DNA of 56,598 nucleotides. Source: Polyangia bacterium. GTDB taxonomy: Bacteria; Myxococcota_A; Polyangia; Fen-1088. A program made the position numbers and the translations under genes. The notes below the pieces were generated by a model. It saw nothing but the letters and a program-made list of their open reading frames with translations. It had not been told where the DNA came from and did not search any database. The DNA is taken from contig DASXQB010000226.1 in NCBI GenBank assembly GCA_036493295.1, positions 1-56,598 on the forward strand, given 5' to 3'. Positions 55,526 to 56,598 of this stretch are shown one piece after another (positions within the stretch are counted from its first letter, which is position 1; the number at the start of each line of letters is the position of its first letter).

Positions 55526-56598
55526 TTAGCCGATGATCATGTCTTCGCGCGCGGTCGGGTTGCCGCCGCTGGCGGTGAAGCGGCGGACGTTCCAGGCGGC
55601 GAACAGCGCGTGCGGCGGTTGGCCGCGCAGGGCCTGGGCGTAATAGCGCGACACCACCGGCGCCATCATGAAGCCGTGGCCAGAGAAGCCGCAGCACACG
55701 AAGAATCCCGGCACGTCGGGTAGCTCGCCGACGATGGGACTGCCGTCGGGGCTCAGGTCGTAAGGCCCGGCCCACTGTCGCACCACCTTCACCTCGCCGA
55801 GGCGCGGGATGACGTCGATCATCCCGCGCGCCACCTTCTCCACGAACGACAGCCGCGAGCCCAGGCGCACGGTGCTGTCGTGCGGATCGGGAAGCGAGAC
55901 GCCGCCCACCACCTCGCCGCGCAACGACTGCGAAAAATACAGCCCGGTCTCCAGCACCGAGACCATTGGCTTCAAGAAAGGCTTTAAGGGTTCGGTGGAC
56001 AGGATCTCGTGCCGGGCCGGCCAGTCGGGCAGGGCGCCGCCGGCCAGCGCCGCCACCTGCGGCGACCAGGCGCCGGCCGCGCAAATCACCCGGCCGGCGG
56101 TCAGCGTTCCGCGCGGCGTGGTTAGCACGAAATCGTCGCCGCGCCGATCGATGGCGCTGACCGGTGTGTCGGTGAAGATGGCCACCCCGCGGCGGGCGGC
56201 GGCGCGCGCGTATCCCCACAAAAACGGCCAGGGAAAGACGATGGCGTCGGTCGGGTTGTAGCAAGCGCCGACGTACGGGGCGGCGTCGATCTCCGGGACG
56301 ATCGCCTGCGCCTCGTCGACGGAGATCTGGCGGGTGGGCACGTCGCAGCGGTTCTGCAGGGCCACGTAGCGCGCCAGGCGATCCAGCGCCGTCTTCGTGC
56401 GCGCCAAAAACAGATAGCCGCCCCGCCGCATCCAGATGTTGATCCCCATCTGCTGGGCGAAGGCGGCGCAGATGGCCATTGATTCTTGCATCAGCCGAAT
56501 GTTCAGCTCGGTCGACCATTGCTGGCGCAGGCCGCCGCCGTTGCGGCCGGAGGCGCCCCAGGCCAGCGTGTGCGCGTCCAATACGACGATCCCGCGTT
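55526..56598 (-). CDS. FAD-dependent oxidoreductase (DAO family, sarcosine oxidase beta-like), N-terminus outside window
   Basis: The ORF is open to the window edge. Motifs [18 protein letters not shown] and [14 protein letters not shown]-terminal [18 protein letters not shown]. Confidence 0.85.
   Translation of the reverse strand, partial: RGIVVLDAHTLAWGASGRNGGGLRQQWSTELNIRLMQESMAICAAFAQQMGINIWMRRGGYLFLARTKTALDRLARYVALQNRCDVPTRQISVDEAQAIVPEIDAAPYVGACYNPTDAIVFPWPFLWGYARAAARRGVAIFTDTPVSAIDRRGDDFVLTTPRGTLTAGRVICAAGAWSPQVAALAGGALPDWPARHEILSTEPLKPFLKPMVSVLETGLYFSQSLRGEVVGGVSLPDPHDSTVRLGSRLSFVEKVARGMIDVIPRLGEVKVVRQWAGPYDLSPDGSPIVGELPDVPGFFVCCGFSGHGFMMAPVVSRYYAQALRGQPPHALFAAWNVRRFTASGGNPTAREDMIIG

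Noticed and set aside
55194-56519. 441-aa minus ORF in another frame of the FAD-oxidoreductase region
   Set aside because: The translation is Arg/Gly/Pro-rich with no motifs. The overlapping frame (55526..56598) has clear DAO-family motifs.

Overview
This 56.6-kb window is a very GC-rich (about 70% by eye, not computed), densely coding chromosomal segment. I call 42 CDS. I saw no rRNA, tRNA, CRISPR array, transposase, integrase or phage genes. Several markers suggest Myxococcota: a MYXO-CTERM-type Cys/TM/Arg tail, a fibro-slime domain protein, an FHA-type sigma-54 activator, an FHA-GGDEF protein and 11 lipobox lipoproteins. Housekeeping genes (gnd, rnhB, ygiQ, class-I DAHP synthase, purU, yacG) are interleaved with four accessory blocks. 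(i) 9.6-22.4 kb, minus strand: a PilZ protein, then an M11-like metalloprotease homolog with a mutated zinc motif and a MYXO-CTERM tail, then a 2,938-aa lipoprotein subtilase built from 16 FN3 and 5 discoidin modules, then a Met/Gly/Thr-repeat c-type cytochrome-domain lipoprotein. (ii) 24.1-29.6 kb, plus strand: FHA-GGDEF cyclase, PilZ, YkuD L,D-transpeptidase lipoprotein, PEGA-like lipoprotein and a Ddl-family ATP-grasp. This is my best candidate for an undescribed system, a c-di-GMP-controlled cell-wall remodelling module. (iii) 29.6-32.3 kb: a polytopic membrane protein translationally coupled to a His-rich exported protein, possibly for metal handling. (iv) 47.9-55.5 kb: a glycosyltransferase block with a groES-less divergent GroEL, a TPR/GT-like gene behind a consensus sigma-54 promoter, and a YjfB-family small gene behind a sigma-28-like promoter. 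All functional calls come from motif recognition in the supplied translations and from reading the DNA. No database search or folding computation was possible.
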